Positions 35,418 to 49,068 of a stretch of DNA of 64,000 nucleotides are shown one piece after another; positions within the stretch are counted from its first letter, which is position 1; each line of letters starts with the position of its first letter. The stretch lies in NCBI GenBank assembly GCA_010909165.1, contig MU008170.1, positions 372,001 to 436,000 on the forward strand, given 5' to 3'. Position numbers and translations under genes: made by a program. Source of the DNA: Anthoceros angustus (lineage: Eukaryota > Plantae > Anthocerotophyta). Under the pieces are notes generated by a model. That model saw only the letters and a list, made by a program, of their open reading frames with translations. It made no database searches and was not told the DNA's origin.

Positions 35418-36379
35418 TTAATGGTAGACCTCGATCTTGTGGTGACGATCCCTGTATGTGCCGGCCAGAATGTCCCACCAGGTGAAGTAGAGGGAGCGGT
35501 TGTAGCGCGGGTCCAGGTGGTGGATGTAGTGGTGCTTGGGCCGCTGGGCGAAGGGCGTGAGCAGGACGCCCAGGGAGCCCGGCCCGTACACCCACAGCGG
35601 CAGGTGGTAGCCGCAGTGGCCCATTAGATCCACGCCGTTCACGGCCCACGCCAGGAACAGCAGGTGCAGCACGTTGTACGACGCCTGGCGGTAGAGCCAG
35701 AACACAAGCGCGGCGTAGAAGGGGGAGAAGGTGAGCGCGACGTCGAACAGGTCGCCGTAGGCGGTGCTGAAGACGGTGATGTCGCCCTTGGTGGCGTGGT
35801 GCCACTGGTGGAAGTTGCGGTAGATGGGCTTGAGCTTGTGCATCACCGAGTGCACCCCCCAGAAGTAGAGGTCGTGCAGGAACATGACCGCCCACGTGAA
35901 CATCCAGCCGCTCACCGCCTCGCTCCACGACGGCACGAACTGCGCCTTCTCCAGATACGCCTTCCTGCACCATCACCACCACTGTATGTAGCCAGGCTGC
36001 GATGATCGCCCATGTATGGATCTGGATCGATGACGGCGACAGTGCTAGCAACGTCAACCTACCTGCCCAGCCAGACGAGGGCGGCGATGGGCATTGGCCC
36101 CACGGCCACCGCCCAGAAGCTCTCCTTCCTGTAATTCACCATGGTGACGGGGATGGAGGGCGCCAGCCGCCGGATTGCGCCCCGCCGTTCCAGATACGTC
36201 AGCGTGTAGAACCACAGGTGCTCGAAGAAGGCGTGGCCGGCAGCAACGGCGAAGCCTCCCAGGACGCCCGCCGCCAGCAAAAGGCCCACATTCGCAGCCC
36301 TACCCCACGGCTGCTCCGCATCGATGTCCTGCTGCCCCGACACCAGGCCCACAAGCCTGTCTAAGGCCGCGCCCACCAT
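35418..36379 (-). CDS. Fatty-acid hydroxylase / sterol desaturase superfamily protein, 2 exons (36379-36063, 35964-35418)
   Basis: His boxes HSVMH, HQWHH, GHCG, HHYIHH plus YFTWWDILAGTY; GT-AG intron joins the frames. Confidence 0.88.
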
Positions 36380-37284
36380 GCCTCCACCTGCGATCTTCTC
36401 AGAGACGCACTATCGTTCGACCAACGCGATGGGCTGCTGGCAAGGCAGGGCAAGCGCGCCGTGAAGGGATAGGCTCCATTTCAAGTGCGGCACCAGCTGC
36501 AGGCTGCAGCGTTGACGGGCCAAGTGGCGGGTGCATGGCCGGACTGTATAACCTACCCGAAGCGGACAGGGAGTTCCTGCTCAAACCCAGGCCCGCCACA
36601 TAATGAGCACCACTGTACTACACATCCAGCTTAACAGGAACTGGCTCATTTCAGACACTCACTGGATCAATGGCCGATGTAGGTAGTTCTGCACCAGTCG
36701 CGGCCCGCAGCGACTGCACATCACTCAGTGCATGGTTGCTTCTCCACTCCAAGTCACCCGGCAACACCAGTCTTGCGTATCTTGACAGACAAAAGCACAC
36801 GGTCTTCAACTTGGTGTCCTAGCCTTCCCACCCTCGGTGTTCACGACAGACCTGAAAGGCAGGTAACGAAAATATGTACACTGGTTTTCTTCCCCTTCTC
36901 TCGGTTTCTCGCGGAAAAGAGTGAGCCGCAAAATTGCACAGGCTTCTGCTGCTACTTAGTCTATGTAGTGTCCGTCTCTCCCTCCCTCTCCACTAATGTG
37001 ACCTGCTCTCACCAGTCTACTATGGTACAGGCATGCGTGCTGCGGGGCTGCTGGGCCTGGCACCAACTCATGCAACAAAAGGCTGGCAACGAACAGCATT
37101 CCTAGACTGCCTACTCTTCAATACTTCTGGCCGCCACTTCCAACTCCTCTTGAGGAAAGCTTATCATCAGACAGGCCCTCACCCTGTACCAAAACCCTTG
37201 CGACGGGGTGTTGCCTATGGCCGGCATGGAAAAATTTTACCACTTGTACCTGGTCCTGCTCTGCCCGTCACCAGCAATTCACTG

Positions 37285-38768
37285 TCATAGAGTGTGCTGT
37301 GCCACTGCTTGGCACAACTCCTCTTCGTTGAACAGGACACGGTGGGAGGCCACTGCTCGGAAGCAAGGACGAGGTAGCCCAGGCGGGCGGTTCTGGGGAG
37401 TTGTGGAAGGCCCTTGGAACAGGGGGGCTACAATCTGTCGCATCTCTGCCAAAGGTATCCGGGCTTGAGGGGGCTTGGGGGCATGTCTTGGAGCTTGAGG
37501 GGTGGCTGGCCGCACAAAACCGCCACCAAATGGCTCAGATGGCCTGCAAAACCATGACATCATACTGGGTCAGTGGACCCCTTCATGCACACGTGTTCAA
37601 GCCAGGAACAAGAGTCTGGAAAGTTTTACTCACCCATGGAAAGGATACCGCTGGTGACGCTTAGGGGTTGACAGCGCAAGCGCGTCCTGCCGATCACGGT
37701 CTGGTGTCGTGAAGTTGAAGTAGCTCTGCCTTGCAATCACCACCTGTCAGAGGAAAAGACAGACTTAATACAGGACCAACAGATAAGACCATCACAGATG
37801 CCGGAGCCACAGCAAACATTGACTCACTCAACTCCGAACAAGGTTCAACAAGGCTAACAAAACAAGGTGAACGCCACAGAATACGTCGACACACTCAACT
37901 CAGAACAAGGCTGACAAAACGAGGCAAACGAAGGTTTACCGCTTGTCTAAGCCGCCTGCAGACATGAAACGCTGGCCGAAGCTGATCGTGGTGCAAACTG
38001 CAGACTATACGCACCTGTGACACAATGTTGCCCTAAGATGTCAGCACAATAACAGACCACCAGTACTCCCACCAAATGCGAAAGGTATGCAGCACACACC
38101 GCATTTACTAAGTGCCTACACCCAGGCATCATTCAGAAACTAACTTCGAGCTATGATGCCATGAGACCACTGAGCAGACATGAGAGTGAACAAAGACGAA
38201 GACCTCTTACCAGCAACTCCACTGGAAGTGACTCCAAGTACGACTCTGAATGGGATTCCACGGCAGTTTCTGTCAAAGCCACTCTACTATCACCAAGAGA
38301 AACCCTGCTGTCCAGCGGCGAGATACGAACCAAGGAAATCTGAGCAGCCGGAGTCAAAGGCGTTTTCGGGGCAAGAAGCTTCTTCCTCTGCGGACATGCT
38401 GGACCGAATTCCCTCATTGGTGTGCCAATTAAATTCACAGACGAGAGAGGAAGCTGAATGACATCACTGCTCCCAGTGCTCTGAGGCATCTGTCCAGGAA
38501 TCGCAGGTTCCCCATCGATCCCAATGACCCGCTTCCGTCCAATGGTAGTGCATGTTCGAGCTTTCCTCTGTGCGATCTGAGCCAGTTCTCCAGGTTTCAA
38601 ATGACGACGAGACTTCTTAACACTCTTCTTCAACATTTGACTCCTCTTCACCTCTTGCACATTCTTGGAAGGCGCTTTCATGCTCCGATACCTCCGGTGT
38701 GGCCTGGTAGAGCGATCCACACTGGAAACCTCCTCATCGGTAGCGGAACCAACCGCGCAGGAACGCAT
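37285..38768 (-). CDS. FBS-type F-box protein (At4g35930/FBS4-like), 4 exons
   Basis: LESLPVELL|VRIVCSLHHDQLRPAFHVCRRLRQA|VVIARQSYFNFTTPDR..TPQAPRHAPKPP..HRVLFNEEELCQAVAQ. Confidence 0.88.
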
Positions 38769-40094
38769 CCTGACTATACCACCTCCAAGCAAATGGCCAG
38801 ATGAAACCGAAAATCTACAGACACTCCATCCTCCCTCCAGCAGTGCGGCCAACACTACTGTTCCGACACAGCTCTGCACCAGGAAACAGCTTCTGTTCAG
38901 AGCCAGGCGATTCAAAGAAGGCACCAAACCACCGGAGCACTCGAGTTTGCGGCAAGAAAATCCAATGCTGAGAAAAACCTACAGCAAAGTCACAGAACAG
39001 CACAAGAACTCCACACCGCACCTCCACATTCGTGATTCAAACTTTGAGCGCCAAAACGAAAACTCTCACAAAACCAGCAAGAACCAAAACACAGCATCCT
39101 GCACAAAACCGCACAAGCAGCAGCAAGAGGCTCAACACAGAGCAAGAACAACACCTTCCCGCTGGCGCACCAGGCCCCCTTTCCGCTCCCCTCCACCCGC
39201 GAAACCTCCGCGAAATCGTGCAGCTCAAGCCAGCAATCCCTCGCGCGGGTGCAGGCGAGCTGATCCGGCAACAACCGCGAAATTGTGCAGTCGGGGAGAG
39301 CCACTCTCACGATCCGGCATTGGCTCGGCCAGGCGGACACAACTCGCTGGGAGGAGCAGCCCGGAGGAGGTGGGAAAACAATGCGCCTAGGAAGATACTT
39401 ATACCGTAGGGAGCAACAGGGCTATACATCTGGAGAAAACCAGCTCCGAATTCGCAAAACGCCGGGAGTTGTAGACCGGGCACTCGGACCGGCCCGAAGG
39501 ACCGATTCGATTGGAGCAGCGAGCTACAGGCCTATGAACGCCCCTGAAGCGCTGCTATTGGCGGTGCGTTGCAATCCCTGTCTAGTGTGGTTGCCTGGCA
39601 GGATTTGAAATGCGAGCGCGCGCGTGGTACTCACCGCGCGCGAGTTCCCGCGCTGCCGTGGGTCCTTCCAGGTCCCACTAGTAGGTACCTCATAACAAAG
39701 CCAGATTCAAACGCGATTACACGTATCAGCTTTTCCGCGTGAGTATCAATTATTTCCCGTGTATAGGTAATCGCTTACATAAATCTATCCTGCATTCTAG
39801 ATTTCATAAGATCGGCCAAGATATCATCATATAAATACCTAGTCCTAATAAAAATCAATCCTCTAAAACTGCTATGGAGGTCCTTGCACATCCCTATCGT
39901 GGGTAACTTTAGGTGGGTATTGAGTTGAGATGAGGTGTGATATATGTAGAGTGGCACAACTAGTTTAAAGTTAAACGCATGAACTTTCATTTTTTAGCCA
40001 AATCATCTTAAAGCTAAACTAAGGAACTTGGAATACATGCAAGAGATATTGACATTGCATTATATGACTATCAATGCGAAGCCTTAGCCTCGAT

Positions 40095-40281
40095 GTGTGT
40101 CCAAATGGCTTAGGCCAAATGGACACACATTAAGAACGTGCTTATTAAGTATCCTACGCCTAGATCAGTACTTAGATGGGATGCCTAAAGGGAGTGGATG
40201 CCATTGGTGCAAGTAGCTTAGGCACACCAAAAGTACCAAGTCCATGACGGAAATCCGTCCTTAGTGAACTTAAATAAAATT

Positions 40282-40310
<29 letters not shown>
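40095..40310 (+). mobile_element. Short interspersed repeat, copy 4, with 5' hairpin and (TTC)n tail
   Basis: gtgtgtccaaatggcttaggccaaatggacacac..cttaaataaaa(ttc)n. Confidence 0.75.
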
Positions 40311-40312
<2 letters not shown>

Positions 40313-41417
40313 GTAAAGAACCCAATTGATTCGAGGGGAATAGATAGCTGACTAATTTCAAATCGTCTTATTTATTATGAGGAAAAACAATTACATACAG
40401 CATTACATGGAAATGTAGACATACTTAATTTTAAGAACACTCAAAGCTCGTGTAAGCTAGTTGCCAATAGTTATGAAGCCCGGGGTGTTTGTTGAAAGTT
40501 CTTGTTTGTTGCTTGAAGACGTTGGGAGGTGTGGGTGTCATCAACGGTGCTGTAAGATTTTGTTGGTGGGTGGATCTTGCTTGCTAGTACTAGAAACCTA
40601 CCAAACAAAGATGCTAGTGCCTGGTGATGGGTCAAGTTGCATTCCAAAATTCAAGCTAGCAAACTGCGGCTAACATAGAGAATGGAAGATTCATGTGCTA
40701 TATAAGAATGTATCACCAGGAGATTACTCTTGTGTTTTGATTTTTGTTTAGTTGGTCTAAGATTTCACTTCTTGTTGTAAGATTATTGCTCTATTCAAGT
40801 TCTACAAAGTTCAGCAATAGTTGATTGCAACAAAGTTCATGCGAATAGACTGTGATATCACAACAGGAACGGAATATGCTAAATATTGTGCATAGAACAT
40901 TGTGTGCTAGATATTACGCATAGAGATTGTGTGCTAAATATTGGGCATACAAATAGAAGATTACGTATGACATGATGCCAAACTCTCTCTCTCTCTAAAT
41001 ATCCTTAATCCATATATAGATTTTTTTCCTTCTTTTCCAAGCTCTTGTCTACACTATGTGGTACCTCGTGTATACATCGACGGTGATTTATTCATATTTT
41101 TATTAAATAGTTTAATAATATCTTATAATTACCTCCAACATAAACTATGGAAACTCAGCCTATTTATTTCCTTCCATCCTCTTCGTATTTGACGAATTAT
41201 GTGAATCCCATAAAGGTACCTCAATTAGACTATTTGCTATCAATACAACCAAATTTTTATTTTGCAACTAACCACTTACAATTTAAGAATGCCAACGATT
41301 AAGCAAACTTAGACTCTCATTTATATAGGATACATAACGCAGGGCTAAGCCCAATTTTTCTACATTTCTACAAAACTGTATGCATTGATTGAAGCAAAAT
41401 TGTCATGCATATACTTG

Positions 41418-43650
41418 TCAAGAGTCGTCATCAAATCTTGCATGCTTTACTGCGACCCAACCCTCTTCATCAATACTACATTGTGGGTCTTTGTTTTGTT
41501 TCTCTTGTTCTTGTTTCTCAGCCTTCTTCTGTAGACTTTGTTCTGCCTTTAAAGCCTTTTCCTTTCGATCCTTTTCAAGTTTTGCAAGTTGGACTCGTTG
41601 ACTCGTCTCCTAGTATGGTTTAAAATAACAAAGAGCTAATTTAGTAGATAATCTAGCTCGATATTTTGATAAAACTGCCTTGAGGTAAGAACATACCTTC
41701 AATAATGTGATGAGGGCAATTTTACATTTCTGTAGGACCTTCTCCGTCGATTTGTCATCACTCTACATTAAGTTTTCAATTTCTTAATTCTAGTGGTCAT
41801 TAAGTAATTTAAAAGATAATATATTAAAATAATAAAAGATACAATTAGTTTGTGTCATTATTTTTCAAAAAACACTTACACAATAAAGCTCTCCCTCATG
41901 AATCTTATCAACCAATCGTTTTGTTCCAGTCAACATAGAAATGAGATTTCCAGAATGTCTCGTCATTTGAAGCTTTTGCTTTTTATCTAGCTGGGTTATC
42001 ACATCTTTTGTTCCTTGAACAGTTGAGATCAATGTGCCAGCAAATACCCCTCGTTTATGTGCATCTCCTAGAACCTCATGCAAGACATGAATGCCTCCAA
42101 TATTTCTCCTCATTGCCATTCGCTGATTAACAAATAGTCAAAAATTAGAATATATTTTATCTTCATCTATAATAGTAAAAAAATCATTCATAATGTTTTT
42201 AAGATAAAAACCCACCTGCTCTCTGGTCAAGCCGGGTCTCAGCTCAAGCTCAACAAGTTCTTTGAATATCTTTTGATAATATTGACTATCTTTTTCTAGC
42301 TCTAGTAGCTCTAGAAAGGTTTCTCGCATACTACTCGTATTAAAAATCCGATTGATTTTTACCATCTCTGCATCCGTTTCACTCATTTCTTCCTTTGAGT
42401 CTATTATCTGATTTTGCTTTAAGAATTAATATCATATGTGTTATCCTTGAAGAAGGTGATTGTGTCTAAGATGTGGCATACAATTGTGACATATTGTCAT
42501 ATGTATTATCGTTATGATTATGAAGCTTAATAAAGTAGAGACACAATCACCTTCTTTTCAACAGGGGCACCAACAGCATATCCTTGTAGCATCTGGAAAT
42601 ATGTTTTGTTATTCAGTTGTGTAATTGATCTTTTCGTGAATTATAACTGTAAGTTATCGTAAAATGCATAACTTTCAGCATTTACATCATCTAATTCCAT
42701 CTTGGAAGCATTGCGAGCTCGTTCAGCATCATTGTATAAGAGAAGTAGTCTTGCAAGATGCACTTCTTTCACTTTTAGGGTGTTTTCATAAGCAGCCATC
42801 TGCAATGTGAAGTACAATTGAGTATTAATTTGAATATATTTAATACATAATTAGTTCTTATGTATCAGTACCTGATTTTCAAATAAAGCTCTCTCAAGGC
42901 GCATTGGCTGACAAGTTTCTTCATAGCTGTTATGTAAGATCTTCGCAGCTTTGATTTTATTTTTTAGTAGATGAAGTATTTGTTCAAGTCTTTGTATTGG
43001 TTTCTTATCCGATTCTATTCCTTTAAGATCCAATTCAGCCGATTTCGCATCCATGCAAGCCTTGTCTAGCTGCTGACTTTTGTTAATAAATTTTCATGCT
43101 TAATATTTCTAAATTTTTACTGAAATAAAATGTTATAATTAAAATGCATGTTATTTTAACCTCTTCTTGCTTGTGAAGTACAAAGTTTTTCTGATCATCA
43201 CAGTACTTTCGAAGATCTTTCACTCGTTCAACCACTCGTTGTAGGTCACTTCGCCCAAAGCTACACCGTTCAGCCTCCAAAAGTGTGTTCAGTGCAGAAT
43301 GCAGTTGTTTGTTTTCTACTGTGGCGGCTCTAATAGCTGTGCGGTTTCTTTGCATTTGAACTTCAGCTGCTGAATGGTATGCCTTGGAACATATGACTAC
43401 AAAATATCATTATTAGACATGATAAGATTCCTTAGTTTTATGGGGTATAAAAATATGGAAGTATTCAAATTATCCGTTCAAAACTCTTATGGATGAAAAA
43501 GTTGTAAGAAGCATAAAAAAGAAATGGCATTCTTTACTTAATTTGCTGAAATAATATTCAAGCTCCAACATCCTTTCTCGTGCAATTGCGGCCTGCTTTG
43601 AAGCTAGTCCAGCCATCTCTTGGTTCTTGATTAGCCTTTTGATTGATGCT
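41418..43650 (-). CDS. Multi-exon coiled-coil protein, possibly axonemal; 5' exons may extend to about 44670
   Basis: At least 8 helical, charged exon-like segments with GT-AG boundaries (e.g. IQRLEQILHLLKNKIKAAKILHNSYEETC; KDRKEKALKAEQ..HARFDDDS*). Confidence 0.6.
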
Positions 43651-46234
43651 AACAAATAACACATTAGTCCCTTCATTGAGATCAACATTAGTAACATCCA
43701 CATACATGTGAGCGAACATCAAGCGTTTGGTTAGTACTTGTAATCAGAAACCAAATATAAAATCATTCTTGAAGAAAAAGAAGGAAAAAACTGAGAATCA
43801 TCAATCTTTATTATGTTGATCATCCAGGTTACATAACAAAAAGCTCTTGTGAGCTATTTGACAATCCCAATCTAAGAGCATAAAAGTACATGTGATTCTC
43901 AAAGTGTCATGAAATAAATCGTTCTACAAGTTTAACACTATATGCCTAACACTTCAATATCTTCTTGATGTGTGCATATGTTGGTTTGAGTGAAAGCTAC
44001 ACAATTGAACTGGTAAAGAAATATCTTCATGAACACCCACACACACGGGTCAATAACAAACCATCCTCATACATCCCAATAAAAAAAGTTCTCTGAATGA
44101 GTAGGTTAGAAACATTAACTCTTCATCAATCGCATCCCAAGCTACATGTTTCTCTTGATGAACAACATACTACTATAAATTACTACTCCATTCCTTCTCA
44201 ACGAGGTACCAAATTATATCATTCAATCATTGGGCCATTTTTTTGCTCAAAACATGCCTTACTCCAGATATTTATCACCCACAAAAAACAAACATGGATA
44301 CTTCCTTCTGCTTTTCTCTAGATCTTTATGACATATATACTACAATAGACTAATAGCTTTGTCTCCTACTCCAACCTACACAATACCTACCAAATATATT
44401 TCCCTCTTACTAGGATCCCAAATCAGTCCACTAGTATCATCTCTCCAACAAAGCATACAAGATCCTACATGTCTATCACTACAAGAAACAAGCACAAGTA
44501 ATACATTATCTTAATATAAAAACTCCTAGCAGCCAACTTGTCAAACATTACGCGACAATATAAAGCATCAAATGGTATGACAGTTTCTGCACCAATATAC
44601 CAATAATACCGTACGAGGTCAGGCGGTAGAAAAGGAGGACCAATAATGGCCTTATTGGTTCGACACATTTAGGGCAAGTGGGAACGCGAGGACCATGTGC
44701 TGCCCGCAATTTGCCCATGAAGCGTGAAGAGGTCAAACCGACAGCCACGTTGCTCGTCAACCAGGCAAACAAACTTTGAATCTCTCTCATGTTTTTGTAG
44801 GCGACTGCAGAGAAAGGAGAGCTTGGCTGCTCCACATCTGGCTCAATCCCGCGCCAGCGGCTGGAATCGATGTCGACCGCTTCCGCACGCTGGAGGCACG
44901 TCGCTCTGGTAATTGCTTCGTCGCACGAGCATTCGCGGCTGACACGCCTCCTCGCCGTCTTGTCCCTGCGCGCATTTTGTCATTCCCTGTCTCTTTTTTC
45001 TGGCTTCCTGAGATGGATCAGGCCTCCAGTGCGCATTCCTGTCTTGTTTGCGCGAAACTGGTGTGTTTTTCGTGCTTTCTGCTGAGCTCTTGGTCTTGAA
45101 TTGGAGTCAAGGTTGAGCATCTCGCTTCTCTGCTCTGGATTGGCATCATGCCTTCTGCCTGGTGTCTTTGCAGGTTCTTCGTGTTCTGTTAGGCTTTCGT
45201 CACCTCTTGACAATTTGTGCAACAATTTTCTTGTTGTTGTTGTCTTTCCCGCTTTCTTCTCAGGCATTCGCTGTCAGCGCTATTCACACTCTTGCACCCG
45301 TGCCTAACGTGTCTGAAAACTGGCATTGCTCCCGGAGCAGCTGCTCCGCTTTGCGTGTGGTAGCGGAAACTCGGTGTCGGCGAGGGGACGTTATACATTT
45401 CCTAAGGTGAGTATGCAAGATACTTTGGAAGTCTGTTGTTTGGAGGATCGTGTTTGTGTGTGAGGATTGCCCGCCTGTTTGGTGAGGTGGACGATTGTGC
45501 ATCGGTTGATGAGATTGCGTGGAAATTGAAGCTGGATATCAAGCGTCTTGGACTTGCGTTGCCTGGAAAAAATTGGCTTGTTTTCGCAATCCAGCCTCCG
45601 TGTTGAAGGATTTGATGTGTTACGTTTGCCAGGAGTCGTCTACAAGTACCTTGTCGTGATACGTGTTGGAGCGCAAATGATTGAGTACATTCTACAGTGC
45701 AAGTGTCGGACCCTGAAGGATTACGGGGTGAAGACACATCCATCCTACGACCTGGTTAGGAAAAAATATAGACAGCACTGGGTTACTTCACAGGAAAGGA
45801 GGATAGCTGCAGAGGCTGCGGCGGCAGCTGCTTTGGCGAGAGGGAAGCCCCCCGGCCCTCCTTCTTTGATCAGGAATCCACCAAGGTTTATAGAGTATGG
45901 TTATTTCGTGAAAGACACGTCTTTGAATAGGGTGGGTTCCCGTGCCTCCACGTCAAAGGGCACGAAACCATAAGAGAGACCAGACGAACACTTCGTGAAG
46001 AAGAACAGGCATGTTTCCTTTGATGCACTTCACATTTTCAGGATTGCATTCCAAATAGATTATGGATGCTCGTGCAGTGAATAATGTCCTGGGTATGCTT
46101 GGAGAAGAGAGCTAACGTGCTTGCAGAAGTCATGAGTTTGTGTGAGGTCTGATAAAATTTTCTCCTGCCAGATGTGTCTCTCACAAATCTTGACAATGAA
46201 GTAGCCGTTCGTCACCCACGGGTTCATCTTTGGA

Positions 46235-48277
46235 ATGGGACAAACTGTCAGTTGCGGTAGCCATCAAAGGGATCAATTATTTGCTGCAGTAAGGGAGGGT
46301 GATGTCAGCTTTGTGGAAAGGGTGGCTACAGAGGACCCCAAGTTGTTGCATAAGGCCAGATTCTATGAACGTCTCACTCCTTTGCATGTCGCTGCCTCTC
46401 ATGGCCAGACAGAGGTGAGATATCAACTATCTTTGTGACTTTTGCGTTCTTTGGAGTTCTTTTTTAATGCTAATGACACGAGCTTATCAGTTTCCTGCGT
46501 CATGACAGGTGCTAAAATTCCTCCTCCATAACGGAGCTGAACCCAATGCTGTAACGCATAATGGAAAGGTGATGATTTTTGCATCAAACTGGAGTCTGTA
46601 ATAAGTGCAGTGTTCTATTCTAGCTACCTAAGATTCACTGTGTGTCGACAGACTGCTTTGATGCTGGCCTGCCAAAATGGAAACGGAGACTGTGTTGGAC
46701 CTTTGGTGGAGTCCGGAGCCCATGTAAGATAAAACTTGAAAGTATTTGCTGGCAGTGTGTTTTCTTATGATCAGAGGAGCGGAATTTCCGCCATGGAGAA
46801 GAGCTATGCCCCTTCAATTGAGGATTTCTGATATCTGTAAATGGATAATAACAGATACTTGGCTTTGAGTTTGTAAATGCACGAACGTGCCTGCATTACG
46901 CTTCCAAAGGAGGCCACACCGACTGTGTTAGGCAGATTTTGTATGCCGCTCAATCTGGTCATGTTGCGGACTCATGGTAATTCTGAATGGCTGCATTGTT
47001 CCTGTGGGGGTGCGTTTTCTTGCTTCACCTTTCGGTTACAGTTGTATACTTGTTACGTTGTGTCAGGGGATTCGTCAGGTTTGTGAATGTCAGGGACGGC
47101 CATGGAACTACTCCTCTTCATTTAGCAGCAAGGGCTGGTCATGTTGATGTCTTACGCCTTCTTTTGGAGAATGGAGCGCTGGTTTCAGCCTCAACTGCAA
47201 CAACAGGGTATTTCCTGAATCATCTCCGTAGCTTTGTGGATTGAACTGTGGTCCATGCCCTTACACCTTTCTGGGTGTGATCAGGCCTGGACATGGGAGC
47301 ACACCTCTGCAGTTTGCTGCATATGGCGGCTCTCTTCAGTGCGTGACAGAGTTACTTGCATGGGGTGCTGACCGACGACACCGAAATATAGCAGGGTATG
47401 TTTCTCCTCCTGAACATCTTTGATACGGCTCACAGGTTGAGCACGCGCATAAGCTACACCATCGACTTTCTCTGAACAGTCAGAAATGTGGGTAACAGGT
47501 TCACTGCATACGGAGTCGCTATGAGACATCGCCACTTTGAGTGTGCAGCTTTGCTGGACCCCAATGTGGCAGAACCCTTGGTGTGGCCCTCGCCCTGGAA
47601 GTTCATGAGTGAGCTTGATCCAGAGGCTAAACTCGTCTTAGAAGAAGCACTAGCTGAGGCCAACAGCAAAAGAGAGCGCAATTCAGCATCCTCTCCAGGA
47701 CCCACTGGGGAGGGTGATGGTGTGGGGAGCGAGCCTGACAGCAAGGACGTAAGCCGAAGTGTAAGCACCGCCACTTGTTGGACGGCTTACCACACCAGCG
47801 GAAAGAAAACAGTACACTCTAGTGTCAGTATCTAGGTGAAGTTGATGCAAATCTGCTGACAATTGGATGTTGCAAATACTGCAGGTCGGTGGGCTGGGCT
47901 CCCGGGAGGTGTGCTGCATCTGCTTTGAGCAGTTTTGCACCATAGAGGTCAGAGACTGCGGGCACCAGATGTGTGCAACTTGTACACTGGCACTGTGTTG
48001 CTACAACAAGCCAAACCCTGCTATACCTTATTCACCCCCTCCCGCTTGCCCCTTCTGCCGCTGCAACATCCGGCAGCTAGTGCTTGCTGCACCCTCTTCC
48101 AAAGAGAAAGTCAGCGACAGCCCAGAAGCCAAGACCAAGAGCAAATCACTGAGCAAAGGATCCTCGGGGAGACTCTCTCTACTAAAACTCACAGGAAGCA
48201 AAGCCTTGGGCAGATTTGGATCTGGCAAAATTGGAGACACAGAGTGGCTCCGTCGAAGTTCCAGCCTCGGAAATTAG
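46235..48277 (+). CDS. XB3/XBAT31-like ankyrin-repeat RING E3 ligase
   Basis: MGQTVSCG N-terminus, TPLHVAA and TPLHLAA ankyrins, AEPLVWPSPWKF, CCICFEQ.CTIEVRDCGHQMCA.CTLALCC..CPFCR. Confidence 0.93.
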
Positions 48278-48891
48278 TCCAGGACTACCAATTTTCACCT
48301 TATCCATTCCTAGCACTGCCCACATCCCTCAACCACCTACACCTTGAGTCCTCGAAACCTAGAGACTCGACTGTCCTGGTATGCATCTCGGGCGGGCGGA
48401 TCAACAACAGAGAACCTGGCAACGAAGCAGTCAGCAGCAACAAGAATCAAGACAGGTGAGCGCACATACAGGATGTAGTCGAGGAAGCTAAATTGTGCTT
48501 AGTAGCTCAGTGGACGGGCTCGCCCCTGCTGCTCCTTTGCGCCTGCCTTGCGGACCTTCGTCCTCGCAGTTGCTAGTCTGTGTGACACTAAGTCGAGCAA
48601 ATCGCTGCTTCCCGACTCCAATTCTTGGATCCAGCCGGGCTGGGCTGTTGTAGTTCGCTGAGCTTTGCAGATCTGCTAGTCCCTGCCTGTCTGGCCGACA
48701 GTGAATGCTTTGGCGCTCTTTCGGGCTTGTGATGCCAAGGGACGCTTCGCGGATATGGACCCGTTGACAGACGACCGTGTTGTGCCCGCTTCCGTGCCTG
48801 AATTGTCGCATCACAATTCGGTGCCGCCATCGCGGCTTTGCTTCCGGCGGTCCAGGAGGTTACCAAACGTCGCGAAGAATTCTCATTCCTT

Positions 48892-48900
48892 AAACCCTAA
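48892..48900 (+). promoter_or_regulatory. Telo-box upstream of C1D/Rrp47
   Basis: aaaccctaa about 170 bp before the ATG of an rRNA-processing gene. Confidence 0.5.
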
Positions 48901-49068
48901 CGAGAAGCTAATTCTGTAGAACAGGTAGGTGCTGACACAGCAAGTTTCAGGAAGCTCGGAATAGAAGTGGAATCGGCCATGTAGCCTATATATGTATGTA
49001 CATGAAACAGTTGGATGGTTGGATCCTGGTGCGGTATCCGATTCTTTCGTTGCGAACACTTGTCCACC

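Noticed and set aside
35035-36603. Long alternative-frame and antisense ORFs over the hydroxylase (likewise over CDA and at 38665-39390)
   Set aside because: Shadow ORFs caused by GC-rich codon usage
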